Assembly: GCA_963662435.1 (NCBI GenBank)
Contig: OY759598.1
Span: forward strand, 2,264,507 to 2,328,506
DNA: 64,000 nucleotides
DNA from: Dehalococcoidia bacterium
GTDB lineage: Bacteria > Chloroflexota > Dehalococcoidia > Lucifugimonadales > VXLM01
Direction: 5' to 3'
Every line of letters starts with the position of its first letter. The stretch's first letter is position 1. Both the position numbers and the translations under genes were made by a program. Below the pieces are notes generated by a model, which searched no databases, was not told the DNA's origin, and was given only the letters and a program-made list of their open reading frames with translations. This document shows positions 1-10,322 of the stretch, one piece after another.

Positions 1-2123
1 TTACCTTCATAGTCCAGGGGAACCTTAGTCTTCAGTTGGCCATTGTTCCTCGTTAAGCTGAAGGATGCGGCGTCGGGGCCTCCCAGGGTGTAAATCAACA
101 GTTCACCGTCTTCGTCATGGGCGCTGACTGGAGATCCGATATCCTGGCCTGCCACTGTGTTCTCAGCCACCCTGCGTAACGTCCTGCCGGCCTGAACCAC
201 AAAGTGCGGAGCGGCGTTGACGGGACTGCTCCTCTGCACAGGAGCCTCCACGGTCCCCACAATTTGCTCAGGCGATGCATCGACTGGATTCTTTATGTTG
301 TCCGTATAGGTCACGGTCACGCGAAGACACCTATCCGCGTCTCCTAGCTTGGGTGTGTAGGAAGGCGAATTGGCGCCGACTATCGAGGTCCAGCCACCAA
401 CCTCATCGATTCCGGTTGTGCCCAGGTCGTCACGGCACTCGGCCGAAGGCGTGCCACCACTATCCAAGGTAATCTCGGAGGACCGTTCCCACACCCAACT
501 TTTGAACCTAATGCCGCCATCCGGGTCGCTGACCCTGGCGCTTACTTGCCGACCCACCTGCGGCTCCCTCTGAGACAGCTTCACGTTTCCAACGTCTTCC
601 GTATCCACCACTTTGATGGCTACTTTAAGCTTATTGGTAAGTCTGCGGGAGCCCTCCCCGGAGCTGGCCTCAATGGTTACCGCGTAGGAGTTTTTCTCTT
701 CAAAGTCCGGCTTGTGACTTGAAACTATACTCAGTGCTCCAGCGTCGTCGAATTCAAAGTAATCACTATCGGGACCGGACAATGTGTAGGAATAGGTAGT
801 GTCATCGTATAAGTGAGGGCCGCTTACAGAAACATCCCGGTCGGTAACGGTGTAGAGATCGGGACTCACGGGAGATTTGTCGTCCCCAAACGTGATCGAA
901 AGCGGGTCCGCGTTCTCAGCCACTCTCAGCGCTAACGGTGCATCTTCACCAAATTGGGGCGGTTCGTTTACATCCGTAACTCTAATGATTACGTTCGCCG
1001 TAGATGTGGCCGTGGAAGGATCGCTCACCATCACTCTCAGGAGATACTCACTGTTGTCTGCCTGCCCCGCATCGTTACCCTCAGGTAGCGGGGGGTTACC
1101 TCTGAGGGCCCTAGAATCCTCGTCCTCCCGCTCGCCGGAGTCTGCACCCAACTCCTTTGCAATCCTAATCTGGCCGGAGTCCCTTTCGATGGCGAACCTA
1201 ATCTGTCCTTCGGCGTCTGTGAGGTCCGGGGTGTCCACAAACTCATAGAAGAGTAGGTCATCGTCCGCGTCCGACGCCGATACCGGCACGCCTACCGGCA
1301 TACCCACGGCCGTGTTCTCTGCGACGGACCGGAGAATATCAACGTATAGAGTTGATGTATCGTCGTCCTGTTCGACAAAAGATGGGGCGGCATTTGACAG
1401 GGTCTTGGCCTCCACACGGTTTTCGCTCACCGCAGAGGCGGTTTTACCAGCACCGAACTTGTCGGAGTAGGTGGCAGTCGCCCGTAGGTACGTTCCTTCA
1501 TCAGCAGGAGCGGGACTCCGCATTGGTGAATTCGCTCCAGGAATGTCCGTCCAAGACGTGCCGTCCACGGACCTAGCCCACTGCCACCTCGCGCCAGTCA
1601 CACCATCATCCTCGTCAAACAGCCTTGCCTGTAGCGGCCGGTCGACCTGCGGCTGCGGTCTGTCTATGCTCACCGTCCCAGGTTCATCCACATCTCTAAC
1701 CGTTACGGCTACTTCGTGAACACCCCCGGAAGCCTCGATGGTAACGTTATACACGTTCCTTCTCTCAAGCGGGCCAGCCACAATGGAGGACTGTGGGTCT
1801 TCGTAGTTGGGAGGTTGCTTGAACGCCAGTACGCCGCCACCAATTGTGAACAGGTGGGCATTACTTCCAACCAGAGACCACCTGATTACGTCTCCGTCCT
1901 GGTCATGTGCAAGGTAGAAGGCGACCCGAGCCTTGCCGTTTTCAGCATATTCAATAGAGGAGTCGGGAGATTGCGCATGTAACAGGTGGCTCACGGCGCC
2001 ATCGGGTAACGTAGCCGCCGAAAGCATGAAAGTGAGCACAATGGCTAGAGTGAATATCCGGGAGTTACCTGAACTGGGAGCACTTAGAAGGCGATCACGA
2101 GCAAGGCTGGACTGTGAAGTCAT
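1..2123 (-). CDS. Cadherin-like repeat surface/secreted protein, 3' end runs off the window
   Basis: Not in the ORF track because there is no stop inside the window. Manual translation from ATG at 2123: MTSQSSLARD...IFTLAIVLTFMLSAA (signal-like), then SIEYAENG..AHDQDGDVIRWSL..LFTI..GVLAFKQPPNYEDP..VTVRDVDEPGTV, later NAAPSF..RSVAENTAVG..VSASDADDD, and GQLKTKVPLDYEG at the window edge. These are cadherin-type motifs (xExx, DxD, LDYE, DxNE/NxAPxF). The frame was consistent at three spot-checked segments but was not translated end to end. Confidence 0.85.
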   Translation of the reverse strand, partial: MTSQSSLARDRLLSAPSSGNSRIFTLAIVLTFMLSAATLPDGAVSHLLHAQSPDSSIEYAENGKARVAFYLAHDQDGDVIRWSLVGSNAHLFTIGGGVLAFKQPPNYEDPQSSIVAGPLERRNVYNVTIEASGGVHEVAVTVRDVDEPGTVSIDRPQPQVDRPLQARLFDEDDGVTGARWQWARSVDGTSWTDIPGANSPMRSPAPADEGTYLRATATYSDKFGAGKTASAVSENRVEAKTLSNAAPSFVEQDDDTSTLYVDILRSVAENTAVGMPVGVPVSASDADDDLLFYEFVDTPDLTDAEGQIRFAIERDSGQIRIAKELGADSGEREDEDSRALRGNPPLPEGNDAGQADNSEYLLRVMVSDPSTATSTANVIIRVTDVNEPPQFGEDAPLALRVAENADPLSITFGDDKSPVSPDLYTVTDRDVSVSGPHLYDDTTYSYTLSGPDSDYFEFDDAGALSIVSSHKPDFEEKNSYAVTIEASSGEGSRRLTNKLKVAIKVVDTEDVGNVKLSQREPQVGRQVSARVSDPDGGIRFKSWVWERSSEITLDSGGTPSAECRDDLGTTGIDEVGGWTSIVGANSPSYTPKLGDADRCLRVTVTYTDNIKNPVDASPEQIVGTVEAPVQRSSPVNAAPHFVVQAGRTLRRVAENTVAGQDIGSPVSAHDEDGELLIYTLGGPDAASFSLTRNNGQLKTKVPLDYEG

Positions 2124-2799
2124 AGCAGGGTCTATTGGAGACAGAGAAGTCCTGGTTTCTCGTTGGAGCGAACCATTCGACAGATTTTTTCTTCTTGAGT
2201 CTTATGCAGGACCAACTTGCTTTTCATGCAATTCGGTAGTTGGCCGTATCAGCCTGTGATCAGCCGCCCCTTGAATTCCTGACAATTCGGTTCATACCTT
2301 TCCGTGAAACGCCACATCTATTGAGGAACACCTCGGAAGGAACCAAATTTTCTGAGTTGCAGGAAGTACATGGTCCTGGCGAGTGGTCAAAAGTCATTCA
2401 GGATGGTTCGCAGGTCGCTCACTTCGACTTCTATGTCGAACCTCTCAATAGATCGGGGGAGCGGCCAAAGGGTATTTCCTTCAAGACGTTCGCACGGTGT
2501 GACAATCCGCCACAGGTGGGGCCGATTCTCAGGCCGCGCACCCAACTGTGTCCGGTTTCGTAGCGATTGGGCATACTACTGACACTCTTCGTGCCTTGGC
2601 GCATGTGTCATGTGACCGTCCTTTTCAACACATGCTTCTACATTAGTTGGTGTGTTAGAAACGCTATGTCTTGGGTCGTTGAACGGTACACCGCCAAATG
2701 ACCTTGCCCTGAACAGGTTCGTTTAAATTGTCATCCGAAATCTCAGAATCGATCAGGGCTCAACTGCAGTTCGTGGGCCTGGGCGGGGCCGCCGTGCCA

Positions 2800-3030
2800 G
2801 AGTGCAAACTCGTCTGACATGAGAAGACCCGTGCCGATTGCTGCGGCGGCTTTGTATTAAGCCCATAATCACAACTCAGGTCACCGTCCGGCTTAGTCCG
2901 GGCGGGACAAGGGGAAGCGCAAGGGCGAGCTGCTTGGTAGTCCACTCCTGCAACATCCAGAATCTGCCTGAGGAGAGCGAACTCGATGTGGGTAAGACCG
3001 TGGTACGCCGCGACCTGCCCCATTCCACCG
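2800..3030 (-). pseudogene. Decayed MarR-family winged-helix regulator
   Basis: Two frames join into a MarR-like sequence: HGLTHIEFALLR / (frameshift) QEWTTKQLALALPLVPPGLSRTVT*VVIMGLIQSRRSNR, with an internal stop. Boundaries approximate. Confidence 0.5.
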
Positions 3031-3410
3031 CGACTCTAATCACTAACCCCGTGACGTAGGTTAGCGGGGCCTGCCCAACCGCTGACGTACAATTGCTCAT
3101 TCCGCTCAGGGTCAAAATCCATCTTTCTCCTAGTCCGCCCAGAATCGTTCATATGATACCAATTCTGAGAGCCTTGTGTGAATATTCCGTGAATATCCGT
3201 CAAAAACCCAGGTGAGAGTCTTACAAGGACTGGTCAGCTTTCGATTGAAGAGGACGGTGAGGAAGAGGACGATGCGGCTGAACCGTCCACCTTAAAGGAG
3301 TACATTTCGGGCATGAACCTGCCGGACTGTGGGAGCTCGGCCTTCAATAGAACATGGAGAGTCGTCACTACGACGCAGGGGAGCTAACGACTTAAGTCTT
3401 TGTTTGCTGC

Positions 3411-3710
3411 CTAGCCTTCGGCCTTGATCAGCACGACTCCGATTCCTCCGGGACCAGAGTGCACCCCAGGAGCGGGACCAAATCGGGCCACGTAAGGACC
3501 GGATACTAGCGGTAACAAGCTGCTGAGACCGTCTGCAACATCAAGAGCATGATCCTGGGTAAGGCAGTGCATGGCGGCAAGGGAAACTAAGGGTACAAAT
3601 TCAGCACATGCTCCTTCATTCTTGCCATTGCCCGTCTGAAGGTGCAAGCTCTGCCGAGGGGATGTTTTTCTCCGTGGCACACAATGATCATGGGCTTGTT
3701 CTTAAACGCG
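3411..3710 (-). pseudogene. DegV/FakB (fatty-acid-binding protein) C-terminal remnant
   Basis: KPMIIVCHGEKHPLGRACTFRRAMARMKE / (frameshift) AEFVPLVSLAAMHCLTQDHA...VARFGPAPGVHSGPGGIGVVLI resembles the DegV C-terminal KPxl..dG..p..r.Rt and GpxxGxHxGPGxxGv motifs. No N-terminal half is recognisable. Confidence 0.65.
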
Positions 3711-4077
3711 TAGCCATCAGCCCCCTATGTGCGGAGAGACCTGACCATCAATTACACCAACAGTACTGTAACGCTTCGGGGCAGTCCCGTGAGCTCGACT
3801 GCGATCGAGTACCGGTTGCTCCAACAGTTATTGTGATGGTTGGCGTCCAACGTCTTTCGATGCCCGGACTGTCTTTAGCAAATGTACTTTCGTCTATTTT
3901 CACGGGAACTCCCAATGCGGGGCTCCGCTGGATAGTCCTAGGTCATACGGGGGATACTTTCTGTTTTCGAGACCAGATAGGAGATGATGTATCATTAACG
4001 CATGTACTCTTGAAAAGCGAAGGATCAAAGGTCTTAGTTTAGTCAGCACCCAGCATTGCCAAGCGGAGGTTTAGACC

Positions 4078-6066
4078 GTGCATAACATCAGGTTACTCGC
4101 AGCATTCTTCGTTATTTTGGTTGTGTTCATTCAGGTGGGTTGCGTGGTCCGAGAGGTTGTTGTAACGCCCACTCCCGATCCGACAGACGTCTCTGAGTCT
4201 CCCGTTGCTGAAACGACTCCGGCTCAAGAAGCGGCGGAAGAAGCCCCAGAGCCGACGGAAACACCTCCCGCACAAGAGGAGCGGATCTATCAGCTTGGAA
4301 TTACCGCCGACCTTACTACGACCAATTACTGGGCCTATCTCGGCCCGGATGGGACTATGTGGAACCAATATGTCCTGTCTGGCACCAAGCCTACGCTGTA
4401 CTCTTACTCAGCCCAAAGATTTGACTGGGTCCCCTCACTGGCCTTGGACTTTCCTTCGCCGCTCAAGGAAGAAGTGGTAGGAGAGCAGTCCCTATGGAGC
4501 ACGGAAGTAGACCTCAAGCAGGGTGTCAAGTGGAACGACGGGAACGACGTTACCGCCGAGGACTTCGCATTCACCGCTCACGCGGCAACAGAACTTCAGC
4601 TCCCAGGCAACTGGCCATCAATAGTCGATCCGGAATTCTTCGACCACGCGGAAGCGCTCGAGCCTTACAAGCTGAAAATATATTTCAAGAAGAAGCCCGG
4701 TTTGGCCCGTTGGCAGTTCGGTCTGGCGTTCATGCCGATATTTTCAAAGGCATATTGGGAGCCGGTAGTAGCCGAAGCAAAGAAGGCCGGAGAAACTACG
4801 GAACAGCAAAAACTGCTGTTCGCTCATGTGCCCCGCGACGAGCCCTCTGCTGGTGGTTTCCAATTCGATAGGTGGGAGCAGGGAGCCTATGCCGAGAAGG
4901 ACAGGAACGACGACTTCTACTTCAGAGACAGCGTCGTAACCCAATATGCCAACGGCGCCTATTCCGAGTCGAAGCCGGGCGTCTATAACTATTCCGCCTA
5001 TGGAGATTCCGGTGAAAACAAGGCGTTGGAGTACACCGTAGGACCTCACGTCGATAGCGCCATCTACTCTATCTATGGAAGCCAGGACGCTGCGGTGCTC
5101 GCACTCAAGAAGGGTGACATCGATTTCATGCTCAACCCGCTGGGACTGTCAAAGGGGTTGCAGGAACAGTTGCAGGGTCAGGAAGGCCTTACGACAATTG
5201 AAAACTCTTCGTCCGGAGTCCGATATCTCGGGTTCAACTTCCGCAGGGCACCAATGGACAACAAGGCGTTCCGGCAGGCCGTGGCCACGCTCATCGACAA
5301 GGAATTCATAACAGAGACCGTACTACAGGGTGTCGCCATACCGGTGTACACGATGGTTCCCGAGGGCAACAAGGCGTGGCACAATGCCGACGTGCCTATG
5401 ATCGGACAGGGCCTCTCCAGAGGAGAACGAGTAACTGAGGCGGTTAACCTGCTTAAGGGTGCGGGGTTCACATGGGAAAAGGAGCCGCGGGTTAGCGAGG
5501 ATGGCAAGTTCATCGAGCAGCGGGGCGAGGGCCTGAAGATGCCCAACGGCGATCCGGTCCCCGAAATGAGTCTCATTGCTCCCAGCGCAGGATACGATCC
5601 TCTCCGATCGACATTTGCTATTTGGATAGAACGATGGTTGAACGAGATGGGTATCCCCCTCCGGGCCGACCTGACCGGTTTCAATCTCATAGTCGAAAAG
5701 GTGTTCGACACTCAGGACTTTGACATGTGGATGCTTGGGTGGGGCCTATCCATCTTCCCCGATTATCTCGAAGCATTCTTCCATAGCCGGCACTCCGACC
5801 TGGAGGGATACAATCCCGGTGGATACAACAATCCCGAGTTCGACCGCTTGTCGGACGAACTGCTTGAGGAGACGGAATTGGAAATGGCACGACAACAGGT
5901 CTTTCGAATGCAGGAATTCCTGGCAGACGAACTCCCATACGTGGTGCTGTTCACAACACCAATAGTAGAGACATTCCGGAGTGACCGGATCGAGTTTCCT
6001 TTCACGGACTCCCTTGGGGGGCTTCAAGAAGCCGCAGGTCTGCCAGCGATCGTACACATCAAATGA
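4078..6066 (+). CDS. oppA: ABC transporter substrate-binding lipoprotein, family 5 (OppA/DppA-like)
   Basis: Lipobox-like IQVGC and Pro/Thr/Glu linker; WNDGNDVTAEDFAFT, LGFNFRRAPMDNKAFRQAVATLIDK and GYNNPEFDRL motifs; first gene of a five-gene ABC operon. Confidence 0.92.
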   Translation: MHNIRLLAAFFVILVVFIQVGCVVREVVVTPTPDPTDVSESPVAETTPAQEAAEEAPEPTETPPAQEERIYQLGITADLTTTNYWAYLGPDGTMWNQYVLSGTKPTLYSYSAQRFDWVPSLALDFPSPLKEEVVGEQSLWSTEVDLKQGVKWNDGNDVTAEDFAFTAHAATELQLPGNWPSIVDPEFFDHAEALEPYKLKIYFKKKPGLARWQFGLAFMPIFSKAYWEPVVAEAKKAGETTEQQKLLFAHVPRDEPSAGGFQFDRWEQGAYAEKDRNDDFYFRDSVVTQYANGAYSESKPGVYNYSAYGDSGENKALEYTVGPHVDSAIYSIYGSQDAAVLALKKGDIDFMLNPLGLSKGLQEQLQGQEGLTTIENSSSGVRYLGFNFRRAPMDNKAFRQAVATLIDKEFITETVLQGVAIPVYTMVPEGNKAWHNADVPMIGQGLSRGERVTEAVNLLKGAGFTWEKEPRVSEDGKFIEQRGEGLKMPNGDPVPEMSLIAPSAGYDPLRSTFAIWIERWLNEMGIPLRADLTGFNLIVEKVFDTQDFDMWMLGWGLSIFPDYLEAFFHSRHSDLEGYNPGGYNNPEFDRLSDELLEETELEMARQQVFRMQEFLADELPYVVLFTTPIVETFRSDRIEFPFTDSLGGLQEAAGLPAIVHIK

Positions 6067-6113
6067 CTATGAGGCTGTGTCTAGATTCCAACCCTTAGTC
6101 AGGAGTTTTTCCC

Positions 6114-7265
6114 ATGATCGGCTATCTGATCCGCCGTATGTGGCAGATGGCCCTGACGCTATTTCTGATACTCACCGTGACATTTCTGCTGGTGCAGGCC
6201 CAGCCCGGTGACTATGCGTCATTCTATGCGCTCAATCCCGATCTTCCAGCCGATGTGAAAGAGCAGATCAGAGCGACTTTCGGTCTGGACAAGCCGTTGT
6301 GGCAACAGTACCTCATACACATGAGGAACACATTTACGGGAGACTTCGGGGTATCGTTCGGTCACTTCCCTCGCCCGGTAATGGAAGTCTTGTTGGAGCG
6401 CCTGCCGCGGACCCTAGTTTTGTTCGTTTCGGCGACGGGAGCGTCATTCTATATAGGATTTCTGCTTGGCAAGGCCATCGCCTGGCGGCGTGGGGGTTTC
6501 TTGGAATACGCCGCCACAATCACTGGCTCTTCCCTGTTTACCGTCTTCACCCCAGCCTTCGCGCTGATGATGATATGGATCTTTGCCTTCAGGCTGGGAT
6601 GGTTTCCGGTGGGCAAGTTTTTGGATCCTCTGGTGTGGCGGGGCTCGGATGTGACAGCAAACTCCGTCTTCTCTCTCATGCTCATCACCGCCCTCGCATT
6701 TTCCGTATTTGCAGTGTGTGTACTGTTCGCCATAGGGAGGACAGGCAACGTCGGGGCGAGACGTTTGGCGTTCCCTATCCTATTGGTAGGGGCGTTGGTC
6801 GTTCCTCTGGTCTGGGCCATATCCGGTATCGGAGCGCTGGCGTTTGACATACTCAAACACATGGTGCTGCCTATCCTCACGCTCACCCTCATATCATTTG
6901 CTGGAACCATGCTGCTTACTCGCAACAGCATGTTGGAGACGATTCGCGAAGACTACGTGATGGCCGCCCGCGCCAAGGGCCTGCCGGAAAAGCTGGTCCG
7001 AGACCGACACGCCGCGCGCAATGCGCTTTTGCCAGTGGTCACGAGCCTCATTTACAGCCTCATTTTCGCCATAGATGGGAGCGTGATAGTTGAGAGCGTC
7101 TTCTCCTGGCCCGGTACCGGCATGACCCTCCTCGAAGCGGTCCGCACTGAGGATATGCCTCTGGTCATGGGGGCAATTGTGTTCATCGGTCTGTTCTCTC
7201 TACTTGCTCACCTGATTGTGGATGTCCTTTACGTCTATCTCGATCCGAGGATTCGTTACCAATGA
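6114..7265 (+). CDS. oppB: Peptide ABC transporter permease (OppB/DppB-like)
   Basis: PGD..FGLDKPLWQQY..GDFG.S N-terminus; EAA-loop region RNSMLETIREDYVMAARAKGL; VESVFSWPG; YLDPRIR end. Confidence 0.93.
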   Translation: MIGYLIRRMWQMALTLFLILTVTFLLVQAQPGDYASFYALNPDLPADVKEQIRATFGLDKPLWQQYLIHMRNTFTGDFGVSFGHFPRPVMEVLLERLPRTLVLFVSATGASFYIGFLLGKAIAWRRGGFLEYAATITGSSLFTVFTPAFALMMIWIFAFRLGWFPVGKFLDPLVWRGSDVTANSVFSLMLITALAFSVFAVCVLFAIGRTGNVGARRLAFPILLVGALVVPLVWAISGIGALAFDILKHMVLPILTLTLISFAGTMLLTRNSMLETIREDYVMAARAKGLPEKLVRDRHAARNALLPVVTSLIYSLIFAIDGSVIVESVFSWPGTGMTLLEAVRTEDMPLVMGAIVFIGLFSLLAHLIVDVLYVYLDPRIRYQ

Positions 7266-8263
7266 CGACGCCACCGGTCAGTAGCAAAATGCCGGGCGCT
7301 ACACCTGATCCACCTGAGGTCGCCTTGGATCACGGAAGGTTCCGACTCGCCCGAGCCCGGACTCGGCTGGCCTTGCGTGCCTTCAGGAGCGGGTGGGCAA
7401 TATTCTTGGAGAGTCGAATCGGCTTGCTTTCACTCTTGACCATAGCCTTCTTTGCCCTGATGGCCGTCTCTCACCCCATACTCATGGCGACCGTTTGGGA
7501 CCCTGAAATCTACGACCCTGTAACGGGATACGCATTTGACCTAACGGAACAGCCAGCGCCACCGACTTGGAAACATCCGCTGGGAACCGACCCCTTGGGA
7601 CGAGACGTACTCAGCCAACTGCTTTCCAGTACGGGATCGGAATTCGTCTTGGGAATAACTGCGGCGCTGGTGACCGTGGTCATCGCGACCACAGTCGGAG
7701 CGGTTGCCGCCTACTACGGAGGACTGATCGACGCGTTCTTCATGCGATTGGCGGACCTGATCATCGCGTTGCCAAGTATTTCCCTGCTCATAGTCTTGAG
7801 CGCCCTGTTCGATCTAAATCTGTTCTACCTTGCCCTGATTATAGGTGTGCTTGGTGGCTTTGGAGGGACCGCCATAATCCTGAAGTCCCAGGCCCTGAGC
7901 ATCAAGGTAAAGCCCTATATCGAGGCGGCGAGAGTAGCCGGCGGCGGGAATTTACACATCATATTCGTACATATCGTACCAAACCTGTTGCCCCTATCCT
8001 TGCTGTACATGATGTTCACCGTCACGAGCGCAATCTTCGCTGAGGCAGTACTTTCGTTCCTGGGTCTGCTGGACCTTAGGATGAGTTGGGGAATCATGAT
8101 CCATACCGCGAACGTGGGAGGATACCTGCTGGGGGGCACGAGGTATTGGTGGTTGGTGGTTCCCGCAGGGGCATCTATCACGCTACTCTGCAGTGCGTTC
8201 TATCTCGCTGGTCGTGCGCTCGACGAAGTGGTTAATCCCAGGTTGAGGCGGCGGGATGAATAG
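7262..8263 (+). CDS. oppC: Peptide ABC transporter permease (OppC/DppC-like)
   Basis: HPLGTDPLGRDVLS, YIEAARVAG, EAVLSFLGL and SWG motifs; 4-nt overlap with the upstream gene. Confidence 0.93.
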   Translation: MTTPPVSSKMPGATPDPPEVALDHGRFRLARARTRLALRAFRSGWAIFLESRIGLLSLLTIAFFALMAVSHPILMATVWDPEIYDPVTGYAFDLTEQPAPPTWKHPLGTDPLGRDVLSQLLSSTGSEFVLGITAALVTVVIATTVGAVAAYYGGLIDAFFMRLADLIIALPSISLLIVLSALFDLNLFYLALIIGVLGGFGGTAIILKSQALSIKVKPYIEAARVAGGGNLHIIFVHIVPNLLPLSLLYMMFTVTSAIFAEAVLSFLGLLDLRMSWGIMIHTANVGGYLLGGTRYWWLVVPAGASITLLCSAFYLAGRALDEVVNPRLRRRDE

Positions 8264-8281
8264 TCATCAGAGGTACCTTTC

Positions 8282-9292
8282 ATGTCAGTAACTCAATCTG
8301 AGACTGTGCTGAAGGTGATCGACCTTACTCTGCGATACTCGACGCGGCAGGGCGAGGTGAAGGCCGTGGAAGACTTGAGCTTTGAGCTGGCGAAGGGTGA
8401 ATCACTGGGACTGGTTGGGGAGTCAGGCTGCGGCAAGACTTCCGTCGCCAATTCCCTAATGATGCTTCTGCCGGACAATGCCCGGTTAGTGAAGGGACAG
8501 GTGTTGCTCGATGGAACGGACCTCCTGTCCCTCTCTGATGAGGAAGTAAGACGGTTTCGGTGGCGGCGTATAGCAATGGTATTTCAAGCCGCAATGAACT
8601 CTCTCGATCCCGTTTACAGAGTGGGGCAGCAGGTTGTTGAGGCCATCGAGACCCACGGCGTTGAGACCACGATCGACGACGCCGAGGATCGGGTGGCCCG
8701 CCTATTCCGATTGGTCGGGCTCGACCCTCAGCTGATGAAGCGGTACCCGCACGAATTCAGTGGGGGCATGCGACAGCGAGCGGTCATAGCCATGGCGTTG
8801 TCCTGTGATCCAGACGTCATCATTGCCGATGAGCCGACCACAGCACTTGACGTGATTGTGCAGGACCGGATATTGAGAGAGTTGAAGGACATACAAGAGA
8901 AGCTCCGAATGAGCGTCATATACATTACTCACGATATGGCCGTTGTGGCGGAAGTGACAGACCGCATCGGGGTGATGTACGCCGGGCGTTTGGTGGAGTT
9001 CGGGAACACTACCGACGTTTTCCGCTCTCCAATGCACCCCTATACGGCGGCTCTAATGTCCTCATTCCCTACTGTCAGCGGAGACAAGCGTCCGCTGGGA
9101 TCCCTTTCTGGAGAGCCTCCGAACTTGCTCGACCCGCCATTGGGGTGCGCATTCCATCCGCGGTGCAAGTACGCAACTGAGGTATGCCGACGTGAGAGTC
9201 CACCCCAAGCACGCAGGGGGGACCAATGGGCTTCGTGCTGGCACCCTTTGGATGCAAATTTATCTCACTCACGTAGTCATGAAAATTCCTGA
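8282..9292 (+). CDS. oppD: Peptide ABC transporter ATP-binding protein (OppD-like)
   Basis: Walker A GESGCGKT, signature FSGGMRQR, Walker B IIADEPTT, C-terminal GCAFHPRC..C..SCW cysteine cluster. Confidence 0.95.
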   Translation: MSVTQSETVLKVIDLTLRYSTRQGEVKAVEDLSFELAKGESLGLVGESGCGKTSVANSLMMLLPDNARLVKGQVLLDGTDLLSLSDEEVRRFRWRRIAMVFQAAMNSLDPVYRVGQQVVEAIETHGVETTIDDAEDRVARLFRLVGLDPQLMKRYPHEFSGGMRQRAVIAMALSCDPDVIIADEPTTALDVIVQDRILRELKDIQEKLRMSVIYITHDMAVVAEVTDRIGVMYAGRLVEFGNTTDVFRSPMHPYTAALMSSFPTVSGDKRPLGSLSGEPPNLLDPPLGCAFHPRCKYATEVCRRESPPQARRGDQWASCWHPLDANLSHSRSHENS

Positions 9293-9302
9293 AGAGCACC
9301 CG

Positions 9303-10322
9303 ATGGTGATCCCCGAATCTCCGCTGGTCGAAGTGCAAGGCTTGACCAAACTGTTTCCGATCACAGGTAATTTGTTTCGCAAGCCATCCGGCTACGTCCA
9401 TGCCGTAGATGGAGTGTCATTCCAGCTCGCCGAAGGAGACAGTCTGGGCCTGGTGGGCGAGTCTGGCTGTGGCAAGACGACCGTGGGCAAAATGCTCGTG
9501 AAATTACTGGACCCGTCTAGTGGTAGCATCTCATTCCAGTTTCCCGGATCTTCGGCTGGGGACGGGCTTGAAGGACGAGTCGACGTATCCAGCATTTCTG
9601 GACGACAGATCAGGGAGTTTCGACGCCATGTGCAATTGATCTTTCAAGACCCTTACGAGTCGATGAATCCCAGGCGTACGATCTACGACACCATTGCAGA
9701 GCCCCTATCAGTTCAGAATATCGGTAGTGTACTGGATCGGGTGGAGCGGGTTGCTGAGTTTCTGACTCTGGTCGGGCTTACTCCGGCGTCGACCTTTCTG
9801 TTTCGCTACCCTCATGAGCTCTCAGGAGGACAACGGCAGCGGGTGGCAATTGCAAGGGCCCTCGTTGTCGGTCCGTCCCTCGTGGTTGCCGATGAGCCGA
9901 CTTCTATGCTGGATGTATCCAGCCGAACGGGCATCATGTCCTTGATGCAGGAACTCGCGATCGGCCTGGGAGTTGCGTACTTGTACATCACCCACGATTT
10001 GGCAGTTGCCCGATATATGTGCAATAGAATTGCCGTTATGTACCTTGGCAAAATTGTTGAGATGGCCGATACCGAGGACTTGCTTAGCAATCCTCTTCAT
10101 CCTTACACCAGAGCTCTCCTCTCGGCTGTTCCGGTTCCCGACCCTGATCATCATCGACAACGTCCGGATATCAAAAGCGAAGTTACTTCCCCAGTCGACC
10201 CGCCGCCCAGGTGTCGGTTCTTCGAAAGGTGCCCGGCAGCAACATCATTCTGCAGGGATAACCCGCACCCTCCTATGGAGGAAAAGGCACCAGGTCACTT
10301 TACTGCGTGCTACGAGGTGTAG
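9303..10322 (+). CDS. oppF: Peptide ABC transporter ATP-binding protein (OppF-like)
   Basis: GESGCGKT, LSGGQRQR, VADEPTS, HPYTRALL, CRFFERC. Start set at ATG 9303; ATG 9279 is also possible. Confidence 0.93.
   Translation: MVIPESPLVEVQGLTKLFPITGNLFRKPSGYVHAVDGVSFQLAEGDSLGLVGESGCGKTTVGKMLVKLLDPSSGSISFQFPGSSAGDGLEGRVDVSSISGRQIREFRRHVQLIFQDPYESMNPRRTIYDTIAEPLSVQNIGSVLDRVERVAEFLTLVGLTPASTFLFRYPHELSGGQRQRVAIARALVVGPSLVVADEPTSMLDVSSRTGIMSLMQELAIGLGVAYLYITHDLAVARYMCNRIAVMYLGKIVEMADTEDLLSNPLHPYTRALLSAVPVPDPDHHRQRPDIKSEVTSPVDPPPRCRFFERCPAATSFCRDNPHPPMEEKAPGHFTACYEV

Noticed and set aside
3608..4042. 144-aa plus-strand ORF
   Set aside because: No recognisable motif, and it overlaps the DegV remnant on the opposite strand.
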